NCBI RefSeq assembly: GCF_009834535.1
Contig: NC_045697.1
Span: 80,292,001-80,356,000, forward strand
Length of the DNA stretch: 64,000 nt
Source: Camelus ferus
Lineage: Eukaryota
Reading direction: 5' to 3'
Under the pieces are notes generated by a model. The model did no database searches. It had not been told where the DNA came from and saw only the letters and a list, made by a program, of their open reading frames with translations. Position numbers and translations under genes: made by a program. Below, piece by piece: positions 39,600 through 52,047 of the stretch; within the stretch, counting starts at the first letter, position 1, and each line of letters begins with the position of its first letter.

Positions 39600-40299
39600 C
39601 TCCACAGCAGGGCTCCCAGGGGCCTCTACAGATTGGTAATTCATCTGAAAAGTAGGGTTTTGCTTTGAAGAGTGGAGTAGTTAAATTAAGGGCCACCCCA
39701 TAAATGTCTAAGAATGAGGCTTACCAACCAGGATCAGTAGGTGATCTGGCAAAAGGGAAACTGGTGACATTTATCGCTTCCTGGGGTATCACTAGCATGC
39801 TCCCCAGGAAGATAGGGAAGCAGCAAGCAGTTTTTGGTGTCTGCCAGATAAAAGAGACAGCGAGACACTGACACTCCTGACAAAGTTCCTTCAGATTCTC
39901 CAAGTTACATGGGAAATACCTCAAAGATCACCAAGATAGGTGTGGGCCAAGATTCCAGCCCAAAGGATGGGTATTTCAGACTAAGTGATAAGGGATTACT
40001 CAGGAAAACCAGGCCATATAAAGAGCTATGCTGACTGATGGTTTGTTGACCTGCCAAACCAGATAGGGAACCTTAAGTTTGCTCTCTGGTTTTATAATCT
40101 TTGTTTAGGTGTGGGCTTTCCCTAAGCTACTGAAACTCACTTTAGCCAGAAGGAAACCAAAGTTCTCTACTTGAATCCTGTCCTTGAATTAAATAACTGT
40201 GTCATAATTTAAAAGTTATGCTTTTCTTCTATCAATAGAGGTTTACGTTCCCCGTCAGATTATCTAAACTTAACTTAGTAAAAATGTGTGCACCCATGC

Positions 40300-40830
40300 A
40301 TCGCAACATTTCTTAACTGAGCAGACTCTAGGTCGGGTGCTATTTTAGGTATTGTAACAGTTAACAAGCGAAGTCCCTACCTTCATGGGGTTTTATACGC
40401 CAGTGGGTAAAAATAATCAAAAGAACAACTAAACATACAGTGCCATGGTAAGTGCTGGAGAGGAAAAAAAAAAAGCAAGGGAGGGAGGGAGGGAGTGTGC
40501 GGTGGGCAGAGGGAAAGGAGGCTGCTCTTTGACATAGAGCTGTCAGGGGAGGCCTCCCAGATGAGGTGATGGTCAAGCAGAGGCCTCAAGGAATGAGCCT
40601 GCACGCCCGCTGGGGAGCTGTACCCTCAGAAGGAATGCAGGGCACAGCTGAAGTACCCACAGAGCCCAGAGGGGCTGGAACAGAGCAAGTGTCAGGGAGA
40701 AAAGCGGAGCTACAATCAAGAATGTAAAGGGGTGGGAGACCCTTACATAGGGTCTCAGGCCATTGTGAGGACACTAGGGTTTGTCCTCTAAGTAGGAAGC
40801 CACTGAGCAGTTTCTGAGCAGAGACACAGT
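40300..40830 (-). mobile_element. L2 fragment
   Basis: Contains gtccctaccttcatggggttt...tcaggggaggcctcccagatgaggtga...ggaagccactgagcagtttctgagca. Confidence 0.75.
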
Positions 40831-40976
40831 CAGCCTCACAGCAGCCAGAGTAATCCTGTTAAAATTCACCACTGAAACATTAAAATGTTCCCAAATTAAA
40901 AACAAGTAACTCCAACACAAACATTCCATTCCTTTACTGTCTCAAAAAAAAAATAACATTTTCTAGTTTATGGGAA

Positions 40977-41159
40977 GACCTCAGGAGAGAGTTACTTTTC
41001 TTTCTTTTTTTTTTTTTCCCCCTATTTTATTGGGCGATGCTTTTTTTATTTTTATTTTATTGGGAGATGCTTTCTATTTTATTGGGAGATGCTCTGACCT
41101 CAGGAGAGAGTCACTTTTCTTTCTTTTTTTTTTTTTTTCTATTTTATTGGGAGATGCTT
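40977..41159. repeat. Complex local tandem duplication (A-B-B-B-A-B)
   Basis: gacctcaggagagagt(t/c)acttttctttc(T)n occurs at 40977 and 41096. tattttattggg(a/c)gatgc occurs four times. Confidence 0.9.
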
Positions 41160-42412
41160 TCCAACGGTTACATCATAGTAATGCATCATTGATTCAGATT
41201 AATTGGGGACAAGACCTGTCAAAATTAGTTAAAAGGTGGAATTACTGTATTTTATTTAAATAAATTTCATTACTCTTTGGTACGTGAAGTCAGGAATCAG
41301 GCTTGCCAATGTTGCTTAGTAATACTTGCTTTAATGAACAGATTTTTAAAGGACTGTAATTAGCATATGTCAGCACCAGTTTCTGCTAGGTTGACTTCTG
41401 CTTATAGTGCAATTTCTATGCTTCACTTTAACTAGATACTCCTAAATTACTTCAAAAGCAGCTTATTCTCTTCCCTAGATACATATATCTTACATTATTC
41501 ATTTTCTTAACAAATTCTTTTGGAAGGGAGGGGCATTATTAATGTAAAGGTACAGATAGGCATAAATAAATGTGAGGTTAGCTTAGTTCCTGTTTGAGAG
41601 TTTCACTCCCCAGTGAATTGCGTGGCATTTCTCCCTTCCATGGTCAGGGTGCATCCCAACCTCAAAATGCATGTTTAGTAAGATGGGAGATGGGGTTGAG
41701 AGAACTGTGAATTACAAGGCCATTAAGACTAACATGAGAGTCACATTTAAGAGTAAGAGGGCATTTTATTGTATTTCTTCAAGATAAATTTTGTTTTGTT
41801 TTAATATGAAATCTATGGTCTAAAGGCTCCATATTCGGGGCTCTATTGATGTCTGTAAATACTCCAAACTACATGAAAAGTTAGATATCATTATGAAATT
41901 TTGTGAAGAGAATCAGTAGCCTACAAAAGTTCATCCAAATGAGGTTTAAGATCTAAAAGAGGTAAGAATCACTGTTCTAAGTGATTGACAATGAAGATAA
42001 AATTATCTCACTAGAGAATTATTTCTCATTTATCTCCATCTAATTCTTAGGAAGTATTCTACTCACTTTACTTCAACATTGACTAACATAGTTTTCACTT
42101 AATTTTAAATAAAAAAAAGTTTCATAATCGAAATACCATTTCAAACAATTTAGAAAAAACAAAATTCTAATCTCTGCTTCACCTTATTTATGACCAATAT
42201 TCAAACTGGTTATTTTTCTACTTTTTTAAAAAGGGAGTATTTTAAAAACTTTTGCTCAGAGGATATTCTATGTAAGTATCAGTGCCTACTTGTCCTGCAT
42301 TTAAGGGGATACCCTGACTAGGTTTTTTAAATGTAGACATCTGCAAGGGTCCAGAGCTAAATCAAGTCTCATTATTTGTCTTACTGTTCTTGTTGTCATT
42401 CTCACCTTAAAT

Positions 42413-42610
42413 CAGGGCCTCTCAATCTCTGCACTACTGACATTTTGGACCAAATAACTCAATTCTGCGAGGGGCTGTCTTGTGCCTTGTAGGATGTTGA
42501 GCAGCATCCGTGGCCTCTACTCAGTTGAGGCCAGACAGGCACCCTAAGTTGTGACAACCAAAACACAGATGGCCCCAGGAGGAGAGAGCAAAAGGGACAA
42601 AATCACAATG
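42413..42610 (+). mobile_element. MER20 (hAT-Charlie)
   Basis: Contains tctcaatctctgcactactgacattttggacc...ggggctgtcttgtgccttgtaggatgttgagcagcatccgtggcctctac...gttgtgacaaccaaaa. Confidence 0.85.
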
Positions 42611-43879
42611 ATTCTCTGGCTTTCAGGGCAGGGGGCGGGAGGGATGGCCTTACTTCTCTTGCCCATATTCTGAACATATTCTTAGAAAATGACTGGGAGA
42701 TATAATTTAATTTTGAAAGGCAGATTTATAAAGGAATATCAAAAGAAAAGGTCACCAGAATAATCTACACGTATGAGAATGACATTTGAAAACCATATCT
42801 TACCTGAGTTTTTCTCCTGGAAATTTCCTAACAAACTTCAGTGCGTAATTGGAACGATCAGATTTTAAATGAGAAAATGTTTGGGGGATGGCAACTGACT
42901 GAAGAAAAAATATGACCTTGAGTACAATAACTTCATTATAGCACAAATAAAAGTGAGTCTGTTAATAAAACCTAGTCTTGGTACTTACGTAAGAGTAAAA
43001 ACTGATGTAAGTCTACCTACAATCAATACATTTAACCTATTATTGCTAAAAATGAAAAAAGCCAATATTGTTTTTTGTACATTTCCAAATATTTTGTCTC
43101 CAAATATAACTGCCTTTTATTCATCTACAAAATTTTAGCTATTTTATATAAAAATTTGTTAAAATACATTGAGAATAAAAATAATCTAAAAAAATCGTTG
43201 TTACAGCTCTTTTTAGAAAAACTCTTCTTGCTCTTTACAAGTAGTCATCATCTGTCTTTGGTCCTCTTCATAATCCTCATACTGCTGGGTGTGTTTATCC
43301 ACTCTCACTACCCTCTACATGTAAATGTCTCCAAAATACATATTCATATTTTCTAGAGCTCTATGTAGTGTCCCACGTGTAAGACAGGATATAACCCAAT
43401 TAAAGTAATTAAAGTACTGAGTCAATAAAGGATACATGTTTGGCTAAGGCATGAGGAACCAGTGAGAAGTGAGCCTTACTCTGGTGGAGAAAGCATGGGA
43501 GAAAGAACACGCTAGAAATGCTAAACCACTGTTAGGTGACAGAGTTGGCACAGTGACTATTTTGTTTGTTCAAAAGACACTTTGAGAACAAATCTGACTA
43601 TCCCGTCTTCCTCCACAAAATCCAGGACCCAAAATCAAGACTAGCTACATTCAAGTACTGGTCTAGGAGGGACAATCATAATCACTGCCAACCACTTCCA
43701 TCTTGTAGAGAAATGCCCAAATGGTGAGAGGATCACGATTCTGGGCAAAAAGCAAATGATTGGCATTTTAGGTGATGTTGTTTGATATTTCTATTTTCTG
43801 TTTTTTGTCCAAGATCTCCCAAAATAGGTATTTTCCAGCCTTTAAAAAAAAAAAAATCGCATGTTCTCAAATCAACTAA

Positions 43880-44730
43880 ATTTCTAATTTCTCCCAACTT
43901 TTTTCTCCTACTTTGTTCCCCATTCTTAAAGGGGTCAACATCTCTCTAGTCACCCAAACCAGACACCTCAGAGAAACCTCCCTCTACCCCATTCACCACA
44001 ATATAACTGCTGCCCAAGAGCTTCTGACTCCACAATATCTCTGGTATTTCTGACCTTCTTGCCCTCTCTGCTCCCATTACTGTGGTTTAGGAACTTACCA
44101 TGTCTTAATCATAAATTAATTAAAAAAACTGTAAAGTGCTCTTTTCAACATCAGTTTCTCCTGACTCTAAACAATTATGCTTATTATTACCGAATATATC
44201 TCACAGAGAAACTCATGTAAGGATGTGCGTCAACTAAATATATCTTCAGTAACTCCCTACTTTCTACAGCTTAGAAATCAAGTTCCTTGATAAAGAAAAT
44301 CAAAACTCTCTACTATTGTCCCAACCAAACTTTATGGCCAACACACAAACTATATCCCAAACATTCCAGATTTTGTCATTCTTCAAGTGTGACAAGGACG
44401 TTAACATTTGATCTTTTCTTTTGACATTCTGTCTTTCTATAATGCTATTAAGTCCAATTTATTTCTACTTCTGTATGGCAAAATTCTGTTCAACATCCAA
44501 TGTATTTCAGTAAAGTCTTAGCTTATTCCTTAGTGCTTTCACAGTACTCAGTAATAGCTTCATTATATTATGCAACCACATTGTACTTTAGTTGCATACG
44601 TCACTATCTGCCCTCCTAAACTATAAACTCCTTGTGGTCAAAGACTATGTCTCATTCATCTTTATAGTCTTTCAGTATTTTAACTGTAACAGAATTAGCA
44701 CTATTCAACTAAATCAATGCTTAATACTAA
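43880..44730 (+). mobile_element. Old L2 fragments
   Basis: Contains ctagtcacccaaaccagacacct and ctaaactataaactccttgtggtcaaagactatgtctcattcatcttt. Confidence 0.55.
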
Positions 44731-46189
44731 TCACTGGAAATCACAAACTATATATACTTTATTTCACTCATATTGTTTCATTTTATCTTTATTCAGACTG
44801 GTATAATTCTTTAATTCTAAAATCAAATGTTGATATAAAAATTTGTGAAAGAGAAGCAAGATGGTGGAGTAGAAGCATGCTTGTAGCTCACCCTCTCCCA
44901 CAAATACACCAAAACTCACATCTACGGACCCACTCAGCCAACCAGAGCACCTGCCGAACTCTGACCAAACATCACCCTCTTTGAAAGACAAAGATGCCAA
45001 AAATCTGGTAGGAGAAAAGGAAAAAAGAAAGAAGAAAAAGTAAAACAGTGCAGGACCAATCCCGCAGGGAGGGAACGGCAAAGAAGGACTGGCGCTAGTT
45101 CGCTGGGTCTCCCCCTCCAACAGAGAGGCGAGAGGGACGGAGAGGCAGCCTCCAAGGCTCAGATCTGCCCCGAGCACCCCTTGACTGACAGAACTGAGTT
45201 AAACGGGCACAAAGGGTCCCCACGATACCCAGCCTGAGACGCAAGCCGGCAGCTGGGGGCCAGGACAGGCCGCCTGAGCCAGGCAGAGGACTGGGGCGGA
45301 TGCACTGAGGCAGCCCCGGGGGACGGCAGAGGGCTGCGCACCAGTGGCTGGGAGGGGATACGGAGCAGAACAACCTCAGTCCCCCATAAATTGTGAAAAA
45401 AGCAAAGCAACACGGCTGATGTGCCCTGGGGGGAGGAACACCATAGCCTTTGTCTCCTCAGACCCACGGCACCATTACTGGCGCATCTCGCAAGAAGAGA
45501 GGTGGGGTGAAGCCACAGCCCCATCTCCTCCTGTGCACAGCACCTGGGCAGGAGCGGTGCCAAGCCCTGAATCCACACCCGGGAGCTCTGCAACCTCCTA
45601 GGCAGGACTGAGACTTGTTTACAGCCCGTGGTAGATAGGATCTTTCTGCCCTGGCACCTCAGAGAACTCTCGCTGCCAAGACAAACAAGGGGCTGAGATT
45701 TGGCACAGAGCAGGGGTGGGGCCATTCTACGGTCTTCCTGGAGCCCACCTTCGGAGCGTCGACCCGAGGTGGACCAGGCAGTGGCACAGAGCAGTGGAGC
45801 AACCAGCACTGGGAGAGGGCGGGTGGCCACCCCTCTTCCTGGCGGGAATGCAGCACCTGACCACAGGTGCTGGGAGGGGGCACGATCTGCCCACCTGCCT
45901 TCCCCAGAGAGCAGCATCTGACTGCGGTATCAGGAGGGGGAGTGACCCAACTACCCTCTGGGTAAGAGCTCAGCTCCTGACCCAGTGTTGGGAGGGGGCA
46001 CGATCTGCTAGCTGACAGCCACTGAGAGCAGCACAGATGAGGGCGCCAACAGAGGGCCTCTGGAAACAGCAAGCTGAGTACGTGAAACAGGGCAAAGACA
46101 CAAAGACCTCTCAATAAAATCATTAAGAGCACAGCATCTCTAGGAGAACTAGATAACTGATACTCCTTAAGCCACAGTGCCAGAGAGAT

Positions 46190-47091
46190 ATGAGCAATAT
46201 GAAGAAGTAGAGGAACCACTCCCAATTAAAAGAGCAAGAGAAATCCCCTGAAAGCTCAATCAAGGAAATAGACATTGATGGCCTACTAGATCAAGATTTC
46301 AAAAAAGGAGAGATCAAAGTACTGAAGGAACTAAAAGAAATAGTGCTTAGAGATATAAAATATGTCAAAAATGAAATAGAAGCTATAAAGAAGAACCAAG
46401 TAGAATTAGTAAACTCATTTGCTGAGATGAGAGCTGACCTAAAGGCTGTACAAAGCAGGCTAGATAATGCAGAGGAACGAATAAGTGCCCTAGAAGACAG
46501 GACAACAGAAAGCACCCAATCAGAACAGCTGAGAGAAAAGCAAATAAAAAACAATGAAAACAATATAAGGGACCTATGGGATAATATAAAGCATGCCAAT
46601 CTACGCATAATAGGGGTTCCAGAAGGGAAAGAAAGAACAAAGGGGATTGAAAAGGTATTTGAAGAAATCATGACTGAAAACTTCCCAAACCTAAAGAAAG
46701 AATCAGATATCCAAGTACAGGAGGCTCAGAGGGTCCCAAACAGGAAGAACTGAAACAGACTCACACCAAGACATATCATAATCAAGATGGCCAGAGTCAA
46801 GGATAAAGAAATGATCCTAAAGGCAGCAAGAGAAAAACAAAGAGTGAGTTACAAGGGAACCCCCACAAGGCTCTCAGCTGATTTCTCTACACAAACACTA
46901 CAGGCCAGAAGGGAGTGGCAAGACATATTCAAAGTCCTGAATGAAAAAAAGATGCAGCCTAGGATACTCTATCCAGCAAGGCTATCCTTCAGAATATAAG
47001 GAGAGAGAAAGAACTTCACAGACAAGCAAAACTAAAAGAGTTTAGCAACACTAAACCCATGCTAAAAGACATATTGACAGGTCTACTCTAA
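46190..47091 (+). pseudogene. L1 ORF1p, disabled (three nonsense codons and a 1-bp deletion)
   Basis: MSNMKK*RNHSQLKEQEKSPE...RISALEDR...NIRDLWDNIKHANLRIIGVPEG...ENFPNL...PRHIIIKM...ILKAAREK...RLSADFS...QARREW...PRILYPARLSF. Stops at 46208, 46751 and 46997; frameshift at ~47030. Confidence 0.92.
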
Positions 47092-47234
47092 ATGGAAAAG
47101 AAGCAGGATGCTACAAAAATGAGACACTCATAACTGGAAAGGAAATAACTGCCATGAATTACAAAAAGAATAAACACAAAATTGTAAAAGAGGACATCTA
47201 AATCATTAACACTGGGAGAGGGAAGCAAGGAAAG

Positions 47235-47603
47235 CTACTGTGGAAAACAGTATGGAGATTCCTCAAAAGACTAGGAATAGACTTAGCATAGGACCCAGGA
47301 ATCCTGCTCCTGAGCACATATCCAGAAGGAACCCTTCTTCGAAATGACACCTGCACCCCAATGCTCATAGCAGCACTATTTACAATAGCCAAGACATGGA
47401 AGCAGCCTAGATGTCCATCAACAGATGACTGAATAAGGAAGCGGCGGTATACTTATACAATGAAATACTATTCAGCCACAAAAACCGACAACATAACACC
47501 ATTTGCAGCAACATAGATGTTCCTGGAGAATGTCATTGAAACTGAAGTAAGCCAGAAAGAGAAAAAAAAATACCATATGAGATCGCTTATATGAGGAATC
47601 TAA
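47235..47603 (+). pseudogene. L1 ORF2p C-terminal 123-codon remnant
   Basis: LLWKTVWRFLKRLGIDLA*DPGILLL...TCTPMLIAALFTIAKTWKQPRCPS...YTMKYYSA...EVSQKEK, with in-frame stops. No endonuclease or reverse transcriptase domain lies upstream. Confidence 0.88.
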
Positions 47604-49352
47604 AATTATAAATAAATAAAATAAATAAATACAAAACAGAAACAGACTCATAGACATAGAATACAAACTTGCTGGTTGCCAAGGGGGCGGGCGGTGGGAA
47701 GGGACAGACTGGAATTTTAAAATGCAGAATAGATAAACAAGATTATACTGTATAGCACAGGGAAAAACATACAAGATCTTGTGGTAGCTCATAGCGAAAA
47801 AAAAATGTGACAATGAATATATACATACTCATGTATGACTGAAAAATTGTGCTCTATGCTAGAATTTGACACAACATTGTAAAATAACTATTACTTGATG
47901 AAAAAATGTAAAAATAAATAACAAAAACAATTTGTAATGATTATTTAAGAAATTAGAAGGAAATGACAGATGGAAAGAAATCAAATCGCTATTTTTTTGT
48001 AATATTTTTAAATGGTTTTTGAGAAATATTTTCAGAGCTAATCAAAATGTAAAAAACTATTTCACCACTTCAATTTTTAAAGTTAAGAGATTTGCTCTTA
48101 AAAAATAGATTAACAAAACATTCTTTGGGGTTTTTCTGTTTGTTTGCTTTTACAAATAATCTAACCCAAATTCATCTGAACATGCAAACCACTGATATTC
48201 AAGGGGCTCAATTATGAGTATCCTTACAAGGGAACTGTTTACATAATGTAAGATTCAAACTGAATATTCATGAGTAAAATTATTCATTTTCTGAACAGAA
48301 TGGACGAAATACAAAACTTCCTATACATCAAAACAATGGACTTACAAAAATTATTGCCATCTTCCTTGGAGATTAGCTTTGTAGGCTACAGAAATTTTTC
48401 TTCTTAGTCTAAGCCATTGGTTAAAACACTTACACAGTATATCCATTATTGAAAATTGAAAGTAATCTTTGAACAATGAACTACTGAACTTCAATAATGT
48501 GAACAAAATCTTCTCATTTAATATTTCTGTCATTTCATAGAAAATATTATGACCACTGAAATACAAAATGCTAAAAAATATTTTAAGAGAAGAATTCAAG
48601 TTATATTACTGTATGTATCTATTTCCTTTCCTTCAACACAGTCCATTAGCCTTTTAAACTAAATAATCAACAAAACTAATATATCAAACAATAGTCTGAC
48701 AAAATCATCTCTCCATGGCAAGTTCATCAGATCCGGGATTGTTTTTGTTAAGCAGATGCACTATAGATCAAATTAAAAGAGCAAACACTTCTACCTTTGG
48801 GACATTTTTAAAGAAAACAAATTCCTGGTTTCAAATATATAAATAATAGGAACATAGAGCTACTATTCCTAAAGTGACAACTTTTCTACCAAACTAAACC
48901 ACAGCAAGCATTATAAAAGGCTAGAAATAAATGTTACAATTAAACTCTAAATTGCACTTTCAAAAGTTATTTCAAAACTCTTAACTGTACTCCTGTACGT
49001 ACTCTATGAGCAATAATGGTTGTTTTAAAAATATTTGCCCACCTGAGGGTTCATCTGATAGTAGAATTCACATTCCAAAAGTATTCTGTCCTGATTCTTT
49101 TTCTGCAGTTTAAAGAATAGTTTATAAAGTTTGTTTTGTCATATTACACATCACGTTAATTGCTGTTGTTGGTTTGTTTCCTTAATCTTCATTGTTTTCT
49201 GACAAATATTTCAATCATTTTCTTTATCAATAAGAGAAGAGAGTAAAAGACCGTCTTGTCTAGCAAGTAAATAATTAATTCAGGGTCAGATGTGACCACT
49301 TAGTGAAAAATCTTTTAAGATACTAAAAATCATTATCATTAAAATAGAATTA

Positions 49353-49945
49353 CATGCACCCCAATGTTCATAGCAGCACTATATGCAATAGCCAAGACAT
49401 GGAAACAACCTAAATGTACACTGACAGAGGACTGGATAAAGAAGTAGTATATACATATAAGATGGAATACTACTGAGACATAAGAAAGAATAAAATAATG
49501 CCATTTGCAGTAAGATGGATGGACCTGGAGATCAACATTCTAAGTGAAGTAAGCCAAAAAGAGAAATAAAAATACCATATGATATCACTCATGTGGAATC
49601 TAAGAAAAGAAAAAAGAAGACACTAATGGACTCATCTGCAAAACAGAAACATACTCACAGACACAGTAAACAATCTTATGGTTACCAGGGGGAAAGAGGG
49701 TACCTAGGAAGGGATAAATTTGAGAGCTTGAGATTTGCAAATATTAACTACTGTATATAAAAATAGATTTTAAAAAAACAAATTTCTTTTGTATAGCACA
49801 GGGAACTATATTCAGTATCTTGTAATAACCGTTAATGAAAAAGAGTATGACAATGAATACATGTATGTATGACTGGGACATTGTGCTGTACACCAGAGAC
49901 TGATACATTGTAACAGACTATACTCCAATAAAAAAAAGCATTAAA
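49353..49945 (+). mobile_element. 5'-truncated L1 (ORF2 end and 3'UTR) with a 3'UTR differing from the 44.8-kb element
   Basis: Runs from catgcaccccaatgttcatagcagcact to an A-tail. TSD aaaatagaatta (49341-49352) / aaaacagaatta (49946-49957) at a TT/AAAA endonuclease site. Confidence 0.9.
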
Positions 49946-50169
49946 AAAACAGAATTAGTTCTATAGTATCTGTATTTGCTATCAGTGTTTCAATAATCTC
50001 ATGCTGATATTAACCCTCTGCAGTAAAGACTAAAGATAAATAGTAAAATTATGTAATACCTCTAGGAAAGGATGTCAGTCTACTGTTATTTTAACCAATC
50101 TTGATAAAATTTTTAGATTATTTTCTCTACTTACTAAACAATGCGAGTAATCCAGTTACACAGTAACTG

Positions 50170-50405
50170 GAGGCAACAGAGTGTACACTGAAGAGCATGG
50201 ACTGATCCTAGAATGTGCAGGTCCCAGCTAGACCACTTACTAGCTGTTTGACTTGGGTTCATTGTGTAATCTCTTTGGGCTTTAGATTCGTGGTCTGTAA
50301 AATGGAGATAAGAACGGCATTTGTTTGTATTGAGGATTCAAAGACGGTATGCGTGGGAAGCACTTAGTCCACTGCCTGATAACACAGTAACAGTCTTGTT
50401 ATTAA
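50170..50405 (+). mobile_element. MIR
   Basis: Contains aagagcatggact...cccagctagaccacttactagctgtttgacttggg...tctgtaaaatggagataa. Confidence 0.8.
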
Positions 50406-52047
50406 TTCTAGTGACAAAATTCATTGGAATTTCAACCTAATTTTTCTTCTTTTATGTAGCCCATTTTCAAATCTTAACACAATAACTTACTACATGTAAA
50501 TGTATTTTTATTATCAAAGCTAACAGTACTAACGGAAAAGAGCAATGATTTTTAAGCAACTTAAAAGATTCCTGAGCTCTTTTCACAGCTTCCTGGCTAC
50601 ATGAGCTGTTCTTGCGCATGGTGAGATCAGGGAGTGGGGAGGACATTCCATATAACTCAAGCCCTAATAAAGAAAGAAAGCAAAGAAAGAAAAAGGTGCT
50701 AGTAATGTTTAGAATTATTTTCCTTTCAAGTTTTAGTTAAGGGCTTACTCCTGAGGCCAAGAAACTATTATAAACTTGAAATACTCTGTTAGAGAATTCC
50801 ACCCTGAAACTAGGGAAGACAAAACAAAATGGAAACCAAATAGGTTTAGCATAAAAATCAGGCGATACACTCAAGTCAACATTATGCATTATCCAGTAAG
50901 TCTAAACCACAAACTGTCCTTTGTTATAGGATCATTTTTCTCTATTAATTTCACGTAAAATCCACCTACTTATAATGTAACTCAGAAACTGACTTTTTCA
51001 TTTGATATGAAAAAAAAAATTTATAAAGGAACCAATAACAAATGTACTCAGATCCAAACTCACCAATTAAAAGAGAATTTAAAATATTATCTTGAACTTA
51101 CAGTTTTTACACCCATATTTTATCTTTCTACTAAATAAGTTGTTTACTTAAAGATTATGAATTTAACTTTCCACCAAGAATTGTAAAGGGTACATGACTG
51201 GCACCATATTAAACGAACAAAAGAAAAAAGAAAAAGCCTAGAATAGATGACTATTTTTGAAAATATTTACTTGTTGGGAGAAAAGAAATTTGTGATATTT
51301 TCTCACATTTGTTAGAAAAGGATAATCAATTCTGCAGACAGTGAGATATTCTAAGAAGCAATTTAGCCTTCACACCAAATAATCAACAAAATGAGGTGAG
51401 ATTTAATTAAAATGTGAACATAAAACAAGAATACTTTGCTATTTACTACTGAATAGTGCTAAATTACCTTTTATTTGTTGCAGAATCACTGGGGAAAATT
51501 GTTTAACAAATATTACATATTCCTGTGTAATTAAAAATTATTATGAATATTGGGTAAAACTGTCAGTAATGGAAAAGGTCACAGAGAAAAACTGTTTAAG
51601 CATCATTCTTGAAATGCTGAATTTCTCACAACGCTGAAAAAGACTTTTGTCTGTCATTCATAAAAACATTAATTTTGTTTTCTCAGGACATCAATTAACA
51701 TTTACTTACACTAGCTGTTCTTTCCCATGTGACTCTTTCTTTCAAAGGGTTCAAAACTGAAATCTTGTAGCAACAGCCATTTAAGGCAATTTAATCATTT
51801 GATAACTACTGGGAATATTTAAGATTAACATTTCTGAGTTTTAGCTCATACAATGTGATTGGATTGGTTTCCTTCTAAATTCTAGGAACCTGTAAGAGGA
51901 CTGCATGCCGAGTGTAACAAAATGGTAAAATTTTGTTAAAAACAAAAGAAAAAACAAAAATGACTGTGAATTTTGTCTCATGAAAAACAGAGGGATGACA
52001 TTTGATTCAAGAAATTTCTGCAAAGACCAGGGAGATCTAAAACTGAG

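Larger units (their letters stand above)
44847..47925 (+). mobile_element. Internally deleted L1 (half-L1/HAL1-like): 5'UTR, ORF1, short spacer, ORF2 C-terminal remnant, 3'UTR and A-tail
   Basis: 5' end has a YY1-like caagatgg. GC/CpG-rich 5'UTR ~44847-46189, ORF1 46190-47091, ORF2 tail 47235-47603, then an L1 3'UTR and A-rich tail. TSD aaaaatttgt (44837-44846) / aacaatttgt (47926-47935). Confidence 0.92.

Noticed and set aside
40977..41159. CRISPR-like repeat-spacer array
   Set aside because: Mammalian intron; the spacers are irregular T-rich local copies and there are no cas genes.
45159..46225. Long minus-strand ORFs (252 aa and 188 aa)
   Set aside because: They lie in the GC-rich L1 5'UTR where stop codons are rare, start at non-ATG codons and show no recognisable domain.
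46343..46999. 136-aa and 70-aa ORFs as host genes
   Set aside because: They are pieces of one disabled L1 ORF1 separated by nonsense codons.
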